Made by a program: the position numbers and the translations under genes
Source: Candidatus Thorarchaeota archaeon
GTDB lineage: Archaea > Asgardarchaeota > Thorarchaeia > Thorarchaeales > Thorarchaeaceae
Assembly: GCA_011364985.1 (NCBI GenBank)
Contig: RDOC01000003.1
Coordinates: 64,001 to 128,000, forward strand
DNA length: 64,000 bases
Direction: 5' to 3'
In this document: in pieces, positions 16,808-27,156 of the stretch
Numbering within the stretch: the first letter of the stretch is position 1
Layout of the letters: each line of letters opens with the position of its first letter
The notes under the pieces: model-generated
Seen by the model: only the letters and a program-made list of their open reading frames with translations
Told to the model about the DNA's origin: nothing
The model's database searches: none

Positions 16808-18379
16808 CTACTGCATCTGTCTTTCATCTTCGCGTTTCTTGAACATTCGCCATGAAAGCGTAAGTGTCTTTGGATGTGCTGCGGTATACTCATCGAGTTT
16901 GCGAAGAGCAGTAGAGTGTGGTGCCTCCATCACAATAGAGGGCGACTCATAGGCTTCCTTTGAAATCTGTTCCATTGCAGCGATGAAGAGGTCGAGTTCC
17001 TCCTTTGACTCGGTTTCTGTTGGTTCTATCATCAATGCCTCCGGAACAATGAGGGGGAAATAGACTGTAGGTGAATGTATTCCAAAATCAAGTAGACGCT
17101 TTGCCACATGCATGGTAGACACTCCAGTTTCATCATGGAGCTGCTCTGCAGAAATAACGCATTCATGCATCCTTGGAGCATCTTGAGAGTAGGGCAAGGT
17201 AAATCCTTTGATTTTTCTCACATGGTATGCTACATAGTTTGCATTCAGGACGGCATTCTCTGCAACACTAGAGATTCCTTGTTTGCCAAGTGAGTAGATG
17301 TAGCTATATGCCTTTACGAGAACTCCGAAGTTCCCGTAGAACCCATGTATTTTTCCAATAGACCTTGGTCTATCATACATCCATTTGAAAGCGCCATCAT
17401 CATCCTTGATAATTGTTGGTACTGGAAGGAACTTCTCCAAGTGCTTCTTGACACCTACCGCGCCTGCGCCGGGCCCGCCTCCACCGTGTGGTGTGGAAAA
17501 CGACTTGTGAAGATTCATGTGTACAACATCAAAACCCATGTCACCAGGACGAGTGATTCCCATTATCGCATTTAGATTGGCACCATCGTAATAGAGAAGG
17601 CCTCCAGCATCATGCACAATCCCTGCGATCTGATCTATGTCTTTCTCAAAAACACCAATTGTGTTAGGGTTTGTTAGCATGAGCCCGGCAGTCTTCGGAC
17701 CGGCTGAGGCTCTCAGTGCATCAAGATCAACAAGACCCTCATTACTTGAGGGAAGAACTACAACCTTATAGCCAGCCATGGCTGCAGAGGCGGGATTTGT
17801 TCCGTGGGCAGCGTCCGGAATAAGAATCTCATCGCGTTGTTCACACTCATGTGTTATGCATTTATGGTATTCGCGAATAATCGTGACTCCTGTATATTCG
17901 CCCTGCGCTCCTGCCGCAGGTTGAAGTGTGACTGCATCCATTCCAGTTATCTCTGCCAACCATCGCTGAAGTTCCCACATCAATTCCAATGCACCTTGAC
18001 AGTTGGAAACGTCCTGCAATGGGTGCAGCCATGAGAAGCCAGGAAGAGCGGCTGCCCATTCGCTAATAATAGGATTATACTTCATAGTGCAGCTACCAAG
18101 AGGATATGTACCTGAAGTTACCGAGAAGTTCATCTGAGAGAGTCGTGTGAAGTGGCGAACTACCTGTAATTCTGATAGCTCGGGTAAGATAGGAGGAGTG
18201 GACCGTTGCATCTCTCTTGGAATAACTAGGTCAATGGAACCAATTTCCTTCCTAATACCATCTCGAATCTTTGGATACTTGTGACTTATTTTGCCCTCAA
18301 CAGACTGCTCAAAGAGGAGGGGTTCCATCCACTTCGCCTGCCTAAACCGTGAATCGAGATCATCCATTCCCTTGGCCAC
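16808..18379 (-). CDS. gcvPB: glycine dehydrogenase (decarboxylating) subunit 2
   Basis: YPLGSCTMKYNP, AHGTNPASA, NLHKSFSTPHGGGGPG (PLP Lys), MIEPTETE. Confidence 0.96.
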   Translation of the reverse strand: MAKGMDDLDSRFRQAKWMEPLLFEQSVEGKISHKYPKIRDGIRKEIGSIDLVIPREMQRSTPPILPELSELQVVRHFTRLSQMNFSVTSGTYPLGSCTMKYNPIISEWAAALPGFSWLHPLQDVSNCQGALELMWELQRWLAEITGMDAVTLQPAAGAQGEYTGVTIIREYHKCITHECEQRDEILIPDAAHGTNPASAAMAGYKVVVLPSSNEGLVDLDALRASAGPKTAGLMLTNPNTIGVFEKDIDQIAGIVHDAGGLLYYDGANLNAIMGITRPGDMGFDVVHMNLHKSFSTPHGGGGPGAGAVGVKKHLEKFLPVPTIIKDDDGAFKWMYDRPRSIGKIHGFYGNFGVLVKAYSYIYSLGKQGISSVAENAVLNANYVAYHVRKIKGFTLPYSQDAPRMHECVISAEQLHDETGVSTMHVAKRLLDFGIHSPTVYFPLIVPEALMIEPTETESKEELDLFIAAMEQISKEAYESPSIVMEAPHSTALRKLDEYTAAHPKTLTLSWRMFKKREDERQMQ

Positions 18380-19779
18380 TACGTAGCACCTCCCTCATGA
18401 ACAATCTCTGCGACACAAGATGCCATCTCATCTATGACTTCTTTGGAGTGTTTTTCAGTTACACAGAACAGCATTGATTCCCCAAGTTCGGGAAACTCCT
18501 CTGTTAGTATCTTGCCACCATGCAAGTTTCTCTTTAGAAGCCCCTCATGAACGACTTGCGCACTCGTCCCATTTTCAAATCGAACTACAAACTCCTTCCA
18601 GAAGGCGTGACCGATAGCAGGAGCTTTGATGCCTTTGATTTCGTTTAGTTTCTTTGCTGCATAGTGAGACTTGTACGCTACTGCTTCGCCCAAATCCCGG
18701 AACGCACTTGGGCCCATAATCGCTGTGTAGACTGCTGCAGTAACTGCCATCAACGCCTGGTTAGAACAGATATTGCTGGTTGCCTTCTCCCTTCTGATGT
18801 GCTGTTCTCTCGGACTGAGTGTCAGCACATATCCACGTTCATATGGTTCTTCTTCGGTACGTGTCATTCCTACAAGTCGCCCAGGGAGCTGTCTTATGAG
18901 CTTCATATCATCCTTGCAGCCAAATACACCAAGAAATGGTCCCCCAAAGGAAACAGGAGAACCCAAGCCTTGTCCCTCGCCCACCACAATGTCAGCATCA
19001 TAGTCACCGGGAGCTCTGAGAATACCCAGAGACATGATGTCCGCACCAACGACGAACAGAACATCTGCATCATGAACCAAATCCGCTATCCTATCAACTT
19101 GACTTTCTATTAACCCTAGATAGGACGGATTCTCGATGTATACTCCAGCAACACCATTATTGAGCTTTGATTCAAGATCATCTAAGGACATTAGTCCTGT
19201 CTGCGTATCAAAATCCACCTTCTGAAGTTCTATTTCAAGAGGGTCTGTATAGGTCTTGGATACTCGGTAGTGGGAAGGATTGATTGATGCCGGTAGGAGA
19301 AACTTGGTGCGTCCCTTCTTTACGCGAGCACACATCAGGATTGCTTCAGCAAGACCACTAGCCATGTCATACATGCTGCTATTGACTACATCTACACGCA
19401 GTAGCTCAGCCATCATGCTTTGATATTCGAAAAGCGTCTGAAGCATTCCCTGACTAGTCTCTGGTTGATAACTGGTATAGGATGTAACGAGCTCTGATCG
19501 ACCTGCCAATGCAGGAACAGCAGCGGGGATGTAGTGCAGTGAGGCCCCAGCACCAAGGAAGACACGCCCATTGTCTGCAGACTTATTCCTAGATGCGAGT
19601 TCAGTGAGCCTCTGAACGACTTCCATCTCAGAATGAGAATCCGGCAATTCCAGTTCGTACTTAAGCCGGAATTCAGAGGGAATATTAGAAAAGAGGTCGC
19701 CAATCTCTTTCTTTCCCATGGATTGAAGCATCTCAGCTCGAATCTCTTCTGTCATTGGAATCCAAGGATGTTTCTCCAT
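18379..19779 (-). CDS. gcvPA: glycine dehydrogenase (decarboxylating) subunit 1
   Basis: YTSYQPETSQG.LQ..FEYQ, REQHIRREKATSNICSNQ. Confidence 0.96.
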   Translation of the reverse strand: MEKHPWIPMTEEIRAEMLQSMGKKEIGDLFSNIPSEFRLKYELELPDSHSEMEVVQRLTELASRNKSADNGRVFLGAGASLHYIPAAVPALAGRSELVTSYTSYQPETSQGMLQTLFEYQSMMAELLRVDVVNSSMYDMASGLAEAILMCARVKKGRTKFLLPASINPSHYRVSKTYTDPLEIELQKVDFDTQTGLMSLDDLESKLNNGVAGVYIENPSYLGLIESQVDRIADLVHDADVLFVVGADIMSLGILRAPGDYDADIVVGEGQGLGSPVSFGGPFLGVFGCKDDMKLIRQLPGRLVGMTRTEEEPYERGYVLTLSPREQHIRREKATSNICSNQALMAVTAAVYTAIMGPSAFRDLGEAVAYKSHYAAKKLNEIKGIKAPAIGHAFWKEFVVRFENGTSAQVVHEGLLKRNLHGGKILTEEFPELGESMLFCVTEKHSKEVIDEMASCVAEIVHEGGAT

Positions 19780-19930
19780 GCTATCATCAGCCTCATTTTG
19801 GCATTGCGCTTGTCCTGAACTTCCCCCAAAATAGGCTTTCGTTTCGAGCTCTTTTTGGGAAAGTAGAGAAACCTCGAATAGTTTTTAACAATATGAAAGT
19901 AACTCGCGACCCGAGCAAGTGGAGGTATCA

Positions 19931-20251
19931 GTGGTGAAACCGTGGCTCATGGATCTGCTCATCTGCCCTGCAAAAGAATGTGGAGGGAATCTCTCAATCG
20001 AGATTTTCGAAAAGCATCAAGAGAAGATTGGAGAAGAGAGCTTTGAGGAGATTGATGAAGCCCTCATCATCTGCCAAAAATGTGGACGCTGGTATCCTGT
20101 CATTGATACAATACCCTGTATGCTTCCGGATGATTTGAGGATGGAGGGAAAGCAGAGAATTGAAGAAACCAGATTTCTAGAGAGATGGAAAAGTAGAATT
20201 CCGCCTGGAATCATTGAAGAGGGCATTCCCTTCGGTCTATTGTCAGAGTAG
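19931..20251 (+). CDS. Trm112-family methyltransferase activator
   Basis: KPWLMDLLICP...C, LIICQKCGRWYPVIDTIPCMLPDDLR. Confidence 0.88.
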   Translation: MVKPWLMDLLICPAKECGGNLSIEIFEKHQEKIGEESFEEIDEALIICQKCGRWYPVIDTIPCMLPDDLRMEGKQRIEETRFLERWKSRIPPGIIEEGIPFGLLSE

Positions 20252-20354
20252 AGGCGTTTTCGTCCCGAGTAATCGCGAAGGATAGACAAGCTAAGGGATG
20301 CTTAGAATACTTTTTAATGTGAAAAAGAAGCCTGTCATTAGATTTCATGGCACT

Positions 20355-20430
20355 AGCCCCGTGGTGTAGCGGTCCAGCATAATGGGTTTTGGCCTCATTG
20401 ACGGAGGTTCAAATCCTCCCGGGGCTACCA
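20355..20430 (+). tRNA. tRNA-Gln(TTG), intronless
   Basis: acceptor AGCCCCG/CGGGGCT, anticodon arm ATGGG-TT-TTG-GC-CTCAT, T-arm GGAGG-TTCAAAT-CCTCC, CCA. Confidence 0.95.
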
Positions 20431-20435
20431 CTTCT

Positions 20436-20924
20436 CTAATATTTGAACTTGTAATTGCCCACTTGTACCGTTGAAAAATTCTTCTCTCCTGTCCAAGGTC
20501 TACGTATCTCAACAAGGTTTAGAACATTGTATCCTCGCTTCTTTAGAAACAGAATGATTCCATCATTATTCGGGTGTATCCAATTATAGACCGTTTCAGA
20601 GCCTAGCTTCTCAACAAGTTGTTCAGCCTTGGCATACAAAGCTGACCCAATACCCCTTCTTCGTTCTGATTCCTTTACAAACAAGGACTCTGCCCATACG
20701 ATATCTTGGTCAATTCGACAAACTAAGTAACCAAGTATATTCCTATAATCATCTGCGACATAGATGCAGTACTTGGAAGACATGTATTCTCCTAGTTCAA
20801 TACTTGCCAATTCGAAATCAGGATTCTTTGTGACCGACTTAAGACTCGAAAGGAATACTCGATATTCTGCAATGAGCGGGACAATCTGGTTATTGTCTTC
20901 GGGCCGATATCTTCTGATTTCCAT
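20436..20924 (-). CDS. GNAT-family N-acetyltransferase
   Basis: LFVKESERRRGIGSAL acetyl-CoA motif; N...FLKKRGY. Confidence 0.88.
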   Translation of the reverse strand: MEIRRYRPEDNNQIVPLIAEYRVFLSSLKSVTKNPDFELASIELGEYMSSKYCIYVADDYRNILGYLVCRIDQDIVWAESLFVKESERRRGIGSALYAKAEQLVEKLGSETVYNWIHPNNDGIILFLKKRGYNVLNLVEIRRPWTGEKNFSTVQVGNYKFKY

Positions 20925-20977
20925 GAGCGAAGCCTAGACTTTCTTAATAAGTGCCTTTGGTTTCGATGGAGAGTGGT

Positions 20978-21823
20978 CTATTCCTTTTCTCTCACAATTG
21001 GCTGGGCATCTTCAGTCATATGAACCCTGAAAAGCCTCTTGACCTGAGATAGAACAAGGCGATTACCATTGACTAGTACATCTATCTCTACATGGTCACT
21101 AAGACCAGAAGTGGACAGTTTCTTCTCAAGCACAGCCTGTACCTGAAAGACACCAGCAGGATTGTCCATGCCAACGGTGAATCGAAGTGGCTTGTTACCT
21201 CTGTCAAGGTCAAGGTTTCGAATCGCCATAGCACTAACAGAGTGGATGTCAACCTTTCCCTTATGATAGGGGATGATTGTTCTACCCTTGGTAAGATCGC
21301 ACCCGTCTCCTATCTTTGTAAGTCCAGCTTCAAGCGTTAGGCACTGCGTGTCATCATCATGTGCATATATTCCATGGAGAATGAAGCTCATGATATCCGT
21401 GGCTACTGCCGGGTCAGAATAGATTTCCTTGAGCTTCTCTTCGAGAATGGGAGCAGCCAGAAGAATTGCAGCTTGAGGATGTTCGTTCCTATGAACAACC
21501 ATTCCGATATCATGGAGGTAGGTTGAAGCTAACACAACCAGACGGGCATCGTCAGTATCACCTATTCCTTCAGCCACGACATTTGGCTGAAAGGTTTCGT
21601 CAAGAATATCAAATGCTTTCAGAGCATACCATGTGGCAACCTCGGCATGCACAGGACCGTGGTCTGTATAGCCCAGGCGGGATACCGCCATTCGATTTGC
21701 AGTCTTGAGATAAGACTGTACTTTGGGGGAGCCTGATAGATACTGATACATCTCTAATGCCTTGGTATCGCTCTCTAGCAGTTCACGGACTCTTATCTCA
21801 TCGCGATTCAAGGATTCTCTCAT
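20978..21823 (-). CDS. HD-domain metal-dependent phosphohydrolase
   Basis: RLGYTDHGPVH, YLHDIG, DGCD..KGR, DIHSVSA. Confidence 0.88.
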   Translation of the reverse strand: MRESLNRDEIRVRELLESDTKALEMYQYLSGSPKVQSYLKTANRMAVSRLGYTDHGPVHAEVATWYALKAFDILDETFQPNVVAEGIGDTDDARLVVLASTYLHDIGMVVHRNEHPQAAILLAAPILEEKLKEIYSDPAVATDIMSFILHGIYAHDDDTQCLTLEAGLTKIGDGCDLTKGRTIIPYHKGKVDIHSVSAMAIRNLDLDRGNKPLRFTVGMDNPAGVFQVQAVLEKKLSTSGLSDHVEIDVLVNGNRLVLSQVKRLFRVHMTEDAQPIVREKE

Positions 21824-21895
21824 ATCTATGCCCCTTTTGGGGAAGTGCGGTTCTTTCTTTGCTTGATAAGATTTACTAAATAGGACACCAAGGGA

Positions 21896-24868
21896 CTAGA
21901 TGTCCCCTGCTTCTTCCTGAATAGAAAGAAGTGTCCTATCTATTGCAGTCGTGGCCTTCTGAATGGTCTTGAGATAATCTTGGCGAGATTTTTCGAACGC
22001 TGTTGTACTAATTCGTTGCTTCTTCTTGCGAAGCAGAAGCTGCCTCAGCCCAGCTTTCGCACCCTCGATCTTCTCGTTTTGAAGCTCAAGCTGGCCCACC
22101 ATGTCGCGGTATTTTGCGCCATATTTTGAAAGCTCATCCTTGACCTCTGGCAGCCTTGAATCAATCTCCTCAAGCTGTGCCTTCAGATCTCGTTCTCGAA
22201 TCATGAACTCGCGCTTCTTGACCTTCCCTCTTCGTCTTGCAGCCTCAAGTTTGTCTAAGTCCAAGTTTAGCGCAGTCTTCTTTGAATACAGAGTGGCAAA
22301 CTCGCTCAATACTTCCAGTGGAGCACCCACTTGACGCTTCTCTGATGCAGTCTGCAAGTCATCCTCTTCGGACATAACTAATTCGGGTAGTTCTGTCATC
22401 CTATAGGCAATGTATGCTAATGCTACGAGGCAAATAATCATAGAAATCGCAAAAGGCCTTGCGCCAATATTGAGAGTTACTTGATAAAGCATTGTAATGC
22501 TGAGGGGGTTGTACTCACTGACATTATATGTTTCATACCTGAAAATTACATCGAATACGTCATAGAGCAGTCGATAACCTGGAGCTGCCTCAAGTGTGAC
22601 GAAAGAGAAGGGTACAACCACATCAAGAACATGATGCTTCACAAGCATCTCATCAATAGTACCTATCGGAATGGCAAGTAAGTTTGCTCCATCGGCTAGT
22701 TCTTCATGGGCCGATAGCTCGACTACATATTCGATATTGAAGGTGTACTTGAAGCCCGACGATAGACCTTCTTCACCAAAGCGGTCGCTAAGTAGCTCGA
22801 TAGTGACATATTGAGAAGAGTTGAAGTCACCCTTGATGTTAGTCATAGATTCCGCAAGAAGTCCAACTCCATCGTATATCCGAATCTCTGTTGCATAAGT
22901 TGGAAATTGGAAAATCACAGATTCTTCAGGGCTGGGGCCCACGTTATGAAGTGTAATGGTTTCCTTGTAGGCAAGCCAACCCCATGGATCAACACGTACA
23001 ACAGTGTTCTGTTCAGCAAAAAGCTCCGGATCATAAGACGTGAATTGTGCAGTAAACTCCTCTACAGTCATTGGTGAGAGGTTAGTGGTAGTAGTATCGG
23101 GAGCCTCGGTGCCAGATGCTTGCTGGTCACCAGTTTTGTACGTCAATACAAGACTTGCCTTGGTAAGGACATAAGGCACAACTGGATACTTTAGATAGGT
23201 TATGCTGTATTTCTTATTCACCGAACTCAAGAGCGTATCAAGAGAGTGCAGTTGTGTAACGGTGGAAAACACAAAGCTCTCATCATAATCTACCTGCTGG
23301 CTGAAGTGTATCTTCCAGTGAAGCATTCCATTGGGGCTGGGAATATTGGTCATCTTTAGGATAGTTCCTGATGCATCACGTGCTTCAATACTAAGGAAGT
23401 AGGAAGTCCACTTTGCAGGAAGATACAACTCGAGGGCTGAGAAGGGGGTTGAACCGTTATTATGTACAGTAAAGATGTCGCTTACATACGTTCGGTGGTA
23501 GATCTCGGTGATTACCTCACGGCTGACACTTATTTTGGCACCAAGAACAGGAATGTAAGGACGATCTATTGTCACATCGATTTGCACAACACTGCTCATA
23601 TTTGAGGGATCAGTAGCATTGAATGATATCGTGTGGGGACCGTTTTCATACTCTGTCGACTCTAACACTTCCTCCCAAAACCCGGAAAGGAAGTTGTAGG
23701 ACATGTCATTCCAGTTAGAATCATCTATCTTGTACTTTACACTTCGCACATAGGTGTCCGCTGCATCAACCTGGAATGTTTCAAGCAGCCCAAGAACGGC
23801 ACCTTGTGTTGGATGCAGGAGATTGATTTGAGGAGGTACATTTGGTAAGAAGCTCATCAAAGCAGGATATGCCCAGTGTGTGCGCTCCAAAGGTATCTCA
23901 TTGAAGTCTTCAGTAGAGCCATACATGAAAATGAAAGGATATACCAAGTCGGGATCTGCAATCAAAGAGATGTCATTTGTATCTGTGCTGTTCATAACGA
24001 TGACATACTCGATTATTGTAGTCGATCCCGTGTCAGATGCATTCACGGCCACAATCCGACTCTGATTCTCATCTTCGAGGTGCTGGAGAGTACTTACCCC
24101 ATGCTGGTCATTATAGACAACTTGGCTGCTGAGAGCGGGATCTTCTGTATGAGTCAGGTCATTTCTAGTAATTCGAGTGAGTGTAATCACATATTCGAGG
24201 TCTTGACCGTATAGCTCGTGGCTGGGAGAAGTATAGGCCTGATCTGCTGGGATAATGAAATGGCGCACCTCTCCAATTCTCATGCCATAAATCATGTCTT
24301 TGTACATCTGAAGACAAGACAGCTTCTCCAATTGCTCAGTAGACTCGATTGAGGGGTAGTCATTTTCTTGATATACTGTTCCATTGCGTAACGATAGAAC
24401 ATAATGCACGGTTACAATGTCGGTACCAATTACCCTCCAGTAGTCCTCAGAAGGAGTACCTGGAGCATATCCGTAGACCAAGTCGCTATTGTTCAGACCG
24501 GCAACAGAGAATGAATCGGTATAGTTCTGCCAACCAAAGCCAATCCAGCCGGATGTATTTGCCAAAAGGCCAATGTAGAGCGTAGTTCCATTGTGTTCGA
24601 TATAGGCAGTGATTCCAGTACTCGGATCTGTATAGTCGCTTGCGTATTCGTAGGGGTCAATGATACCATCAGCTGAACCATAGTGCTTGTCCACGTAGGG
24701 AATCGTGAGATTGTTTGCTGATTCTGCAATGGACTGCTGCACAGAGTTCACGACGAAGGTATCTTCAACCGTTAGATTATCAGGAGCAGATACTAATGTC
24801 ATTGTACTGGTAGTCACAAACAAAGCCAGTAGCACAATTGTTGCAATTCTTCTATACAGCAAGCTCAA
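21896..24868 (-). CDS. ribophorin I (Ost1)-like type I membrane protein with N-terminal DOMON-like, FKBP-like and Ig-like domains
   Basis: signal peptide; two beta-rich repeats including VRVDPWGWLAYKETITLHN.G and DRFG....SGFKYTFNIEY; single TM; cytosolic coiled coil; many N-x-S/T sequons. Confidence 0.75.
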   Translation of the reverse strand: MSLLYRRIATIVLLALFVTTSTMTLVSAPDNLTVEDTFVVNSVQQSIAESANNLTIPYVDKHYGSADGIIDPYEYASDYTDPSTGITAYIEHNGTTLYIGLLANTSGWIGFGWQNYTDSFSVAGLNNSDLVYGYAPGTPSEDYWRVIGTDIVTVHYVLSLRNGTVYQENDYPSIESTEQLEKLSCLQMYKDMIYGMRIGEVRHFIIPADQAYTSPSHELYGQDLEYVITLTRITRNDLTHTEDPALSSQVVYNDQHGVSTLQHLEDENQSRIVAVNASDTGSTTIIEYVIVMNSTDTNDISLIADPDLVYPFIFMYGSTEDFNEIPLERTHWAYPALMSFLPNVPPQINLLHPTQGAVLGLLETFQVDAADTYVRSVKYKIDDSNWNDMSYNFLSGFWEEVLESTEYENGPHTISFNATDPSNMSSVVQIDVTIDRPYIPVLGAKISVSREVITEIYHRTYVSDIFTVHNNGSTPFSALELYLPAKWTSYFLSIEARDASGTILKMTNIPSPNGMLHWKIHFSQQVDYDESFVFSTVTQLHSLDTLLSSVNKKYSITYLKYPVVPYVLTKASLVLTYKTGDQQASGTEAPDTTTTNLSPMTVEEFTAQFTSYDPELFAEQNTVVRVDPWGWLAYKETITLHNVGPSPEESVIFQFPTYATEIRIYDGVGLLAESMTNIKGDFNSSQYVTIELLSDRFGEEGLSSGFKYTFNIEYVVELSAHEELADGANLLAIPIGTIDEMLVKHHVLDVVVPFSFVTLEAAPGYRLLYDVFDVIFRYETYNVSEYNPLSITMLYQVTLNIGARPFAISMIICLVALAYIAYRMTELPELVMSEEDDLQTASEKRQVGAPLEVLSEFATLYSKKTALNLDLDKLEAARRRGKVKKREFMIRERDLKAQLEEIDSRLPEVKDELSKYGAKYRDMVGQLELQNEKIEGAKAGLRQLLLRKKKQRISTTAFEKSRQDYLKTIQKATTAIDRTLLSIQEEAGDI

Positions 24869-25071
24869 TCCGAATCACCATGTTGTTATGGGGTCGAAGC
24901 AGACTATAGTCTTGTCTAGCCACAAACGAATCGCTCGAATTTCGAGAGTCGTTAAATAGATTTCGTACCATCAAGCAATGCACTATTACCAATCCACAAA
25001 TCTCAAGAGCCAACCTGATTCCGGAAATATGAAATGAAATCAGATTTCGCCCTGAGACAGGAGACGAAGAT

Positions 25072-26091
25072 ATGCTACAAATCATTCTCGCCATAGTAAT
25101 TGCTTTTCTCGTGGTGTTTCTCTCGATACCAAGGACTATTGAAATCCTGAAAGAGAAAGGGATCATCGGCGTAGATGTCCATAAACCAAATCAGCCTGAG
25201 GTGGCAAAGGGTGGTGGTTTCATCGTTCTCTTCGCCATTGTAGCTGCCCTCTTGGTTGTGATAGGCTTCATCCGATTTCAAGCTCAAGAGGTGAACTCTG
25301 GATTACTTGCTGCTCTTGTATCCATTCTTATGGCTGGGATGATAGGTCTCCTAGATGATATCTTGGATTTCAATACTCGAACAAAAATTGTTCTCCCGCT
25401 TATAGCATCAATTCCAATGCTAGTGATGCAAGTGGGAACTACGACAATGTCCATTCCAATTATCGGAACCGTTGACTTAGGAGTGATCTACCCACTCGTG
25501 ATTGTTCCCTTAATGATGACATTCATAATTGACTCAACAAATATGTATGGCGGCATGAATGGGCTTGAAACTGGATTAGCAACCATTAATGCATCATCCC
25601 TATTGCTCTACATTCTCTTCGCTCCTCTTTTCACAAATGTTGAGAACACATCTCAATTGATGGATGCTGGAATTGTATCGGGAGCATTACTTGGTGCCGC
25701 ACTTGCCTTCATGTTCTTCAACAAATGCCCAGCAAGAATTCTGCCTGGTGATGTTGGTAGACTTCCACTTGGGGCGACAATGGCAGCTGCATTGATTCTG
25801 GGAAATATGGATCGACTCGCTGTGATTCTATACATACCCTTTTTGATTAACTTCATGTTGTACTTGCTTTATCGAATTCATGTGAAGCGCACCAGAATGG
25901 AATATATCAAGTTCGCAACTCCTCGTAATGATGGAACACTAGAAGTCCCAGGTCCGTTCACTATGTACTGGTTATTGCCGTATCTATCAAATGGAATTAC
26001 TGAAAAGAGGAATGTGATCTTGCTTCTTCTATTGCAGGCCATTCTAGCATATGGCGGTGTCGTAATTCTTCTCTTTGGAATTCCATTCTAA
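25072..26091 (+). CDS. UDP-GlcNAc:dolichyl-phosphate GlcNAc-1-phosphate transferase (AglH/DPAGT1, MraY superfamily)
   Basis: GVDVHKP...EVA.GGG, GLLDD, NMYGGMNGLE, FNKCPARILPGDVG; multi-TM. Confidence 0.88.
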   Translation: MLQIILAIVIAFLVVFLSIPRTIEILKEKGIIGVDVHKPNQPEVAKGGGFIVLFAIVAALLVVIGFIRFQAQEVNSGLLAALVSILMAGMIGLLDDILDFNTRTKIVLPLIASIPMLVMQVGTTTMSIPIIGTVDLGVIYPLVIVPLMMTFIIDSTNMYGGMNGLETGLATINASSLLLYILFAPLFTNVENTSQLMDAGIVSGALLGAALAFMFFNKCPARILPGDVGRLPLGATMAAALILGNMDRLAVILYIPFLINFMLYLLYRIHVKRTRMEYIKFATPRNDGTLEVPGPFTMYWLLPYLSNGITEKRNVILLLLLQAILAYGGVVILLFGIPF

Positions 26092-26100
26092 GTGGATTGC

Positions 26101-27156
26101 TTAGGGAAGTTTCTCTTTAAGATAGGTATCGACAACATAATCCATTCCATGTCTGCTGAAAGCCTGTTGCTCTGCCTTAGAACGAAGTTCTCGGAAGGCC
26201 TTGATATAATCCTGCCAGACAGGTCCCGCATATCGAACGTCATGAAGAAGCTCATCGAGACGTTTTAGGTCTGCATTGTTCATCGGTTCTGTGGGAAGGC
26301 TGTGATTCACTATGTCGCTAGGCGTGACACCAATCCACTCAGCATCAGGTACGGCTAATCCTCTTAGATGCGCAGAATTCGCACTGCCACCGATTATGAC
26401 ACGAGCTATATGCATTCCCCATGGGTCACCGTCTGTGAATATGAAGATGGGCAGTTCCAGCTCCTCACGAAGTCTCCTCATTAGACTACGTGTAGCTCTT
26501 GGCGGCTGTCCTCCAAGATGAATAAGGACCGCCTGATATCGCTTCCAAGCTCCTGTTTCTATTAGCCTGGAAAACATCCCACCTGACTCAATAGCAAGAA
26601 TGATCTCTGCTGAGGCATCCACAGGCTTAGCAGTCATCAAGGCACGACCTATGGGAAATCCATCAGGACTTGCAGTGAGGCAGACCTCCTGATTCTCGTA
26701 TCCTGATACTGTGTAACGCATTCTTACATCGCCAAATATGGAGGAACGCTCTTCAGGAAATATCCCAAAGTTCTCCCTTGCGAGTCCAGTGAGTGTTTCT
26801 AGATCAGTAACAATTCTGTCAGATTCGGCTTGGTTCGAGAATTTTACTCCATAGGCCTCGCTGGAATAATAGAGATCTCGAAGCGAACTTGTCCGTTGAG
26901 CACTTGTCAACTTTTTTGCAAAATAGGCAACCCATATCAATTGTGCAAAGCTTCTTACATGCCTGAGATTGCTTGAGTCGCGAGTGGTACTGGAATCACC
27001 AAGAACGAATTGATTGGTTACGCCATCATAGACAATGTTATCTGTGCTGCGATCAGGGAAATGGAGAGATGGAAATTCGCCTTCAAGAATTGCATCCATA
27101 ACATCTCGCCCTATTGATGTGAGCGTCTTCACTGTACTTTCTTTACTCATCTTCAC
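26101..27156 (-). CDS. top6A: DNA topoisomerase VI subunit A
   Basis: SLRDLYY catalytic Tyr, AIESGGMF, FTDGDPWG Toprim, KAEQQAF. Confidence 0.95.
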   Translation of the reverse strand: MKMSKESTVKTLTSIGRDVMDAILEGEFPSLHFPDRSTDNIVYDGVTNQFVLGDSSTTRDSSNLRHVRSFAQLIWVAYFAKKLTSAQRTSSLRDLYYSSEAYGVKFSNQAESDRIVTDLETLTGLARENFGIFPEERSSIFGDVRMRYTVSGYENQEVCLTASPDGFPIGRALMTAKPVDASAEIILAIESGGMFSRLIETGAWKRYQAVLIHLGGQPPRATRSLMRRLREELELPIFIFTDGDPWGMHIARVIIGGSANSAHLRGLAVPDAEWIGVTPSDIVNHSLPTEPMNNADLKRLDELLHDVRYAGPVWQDYIKAFRELRSKAEQQAFSRHGMDYVVDTYLKEKLP

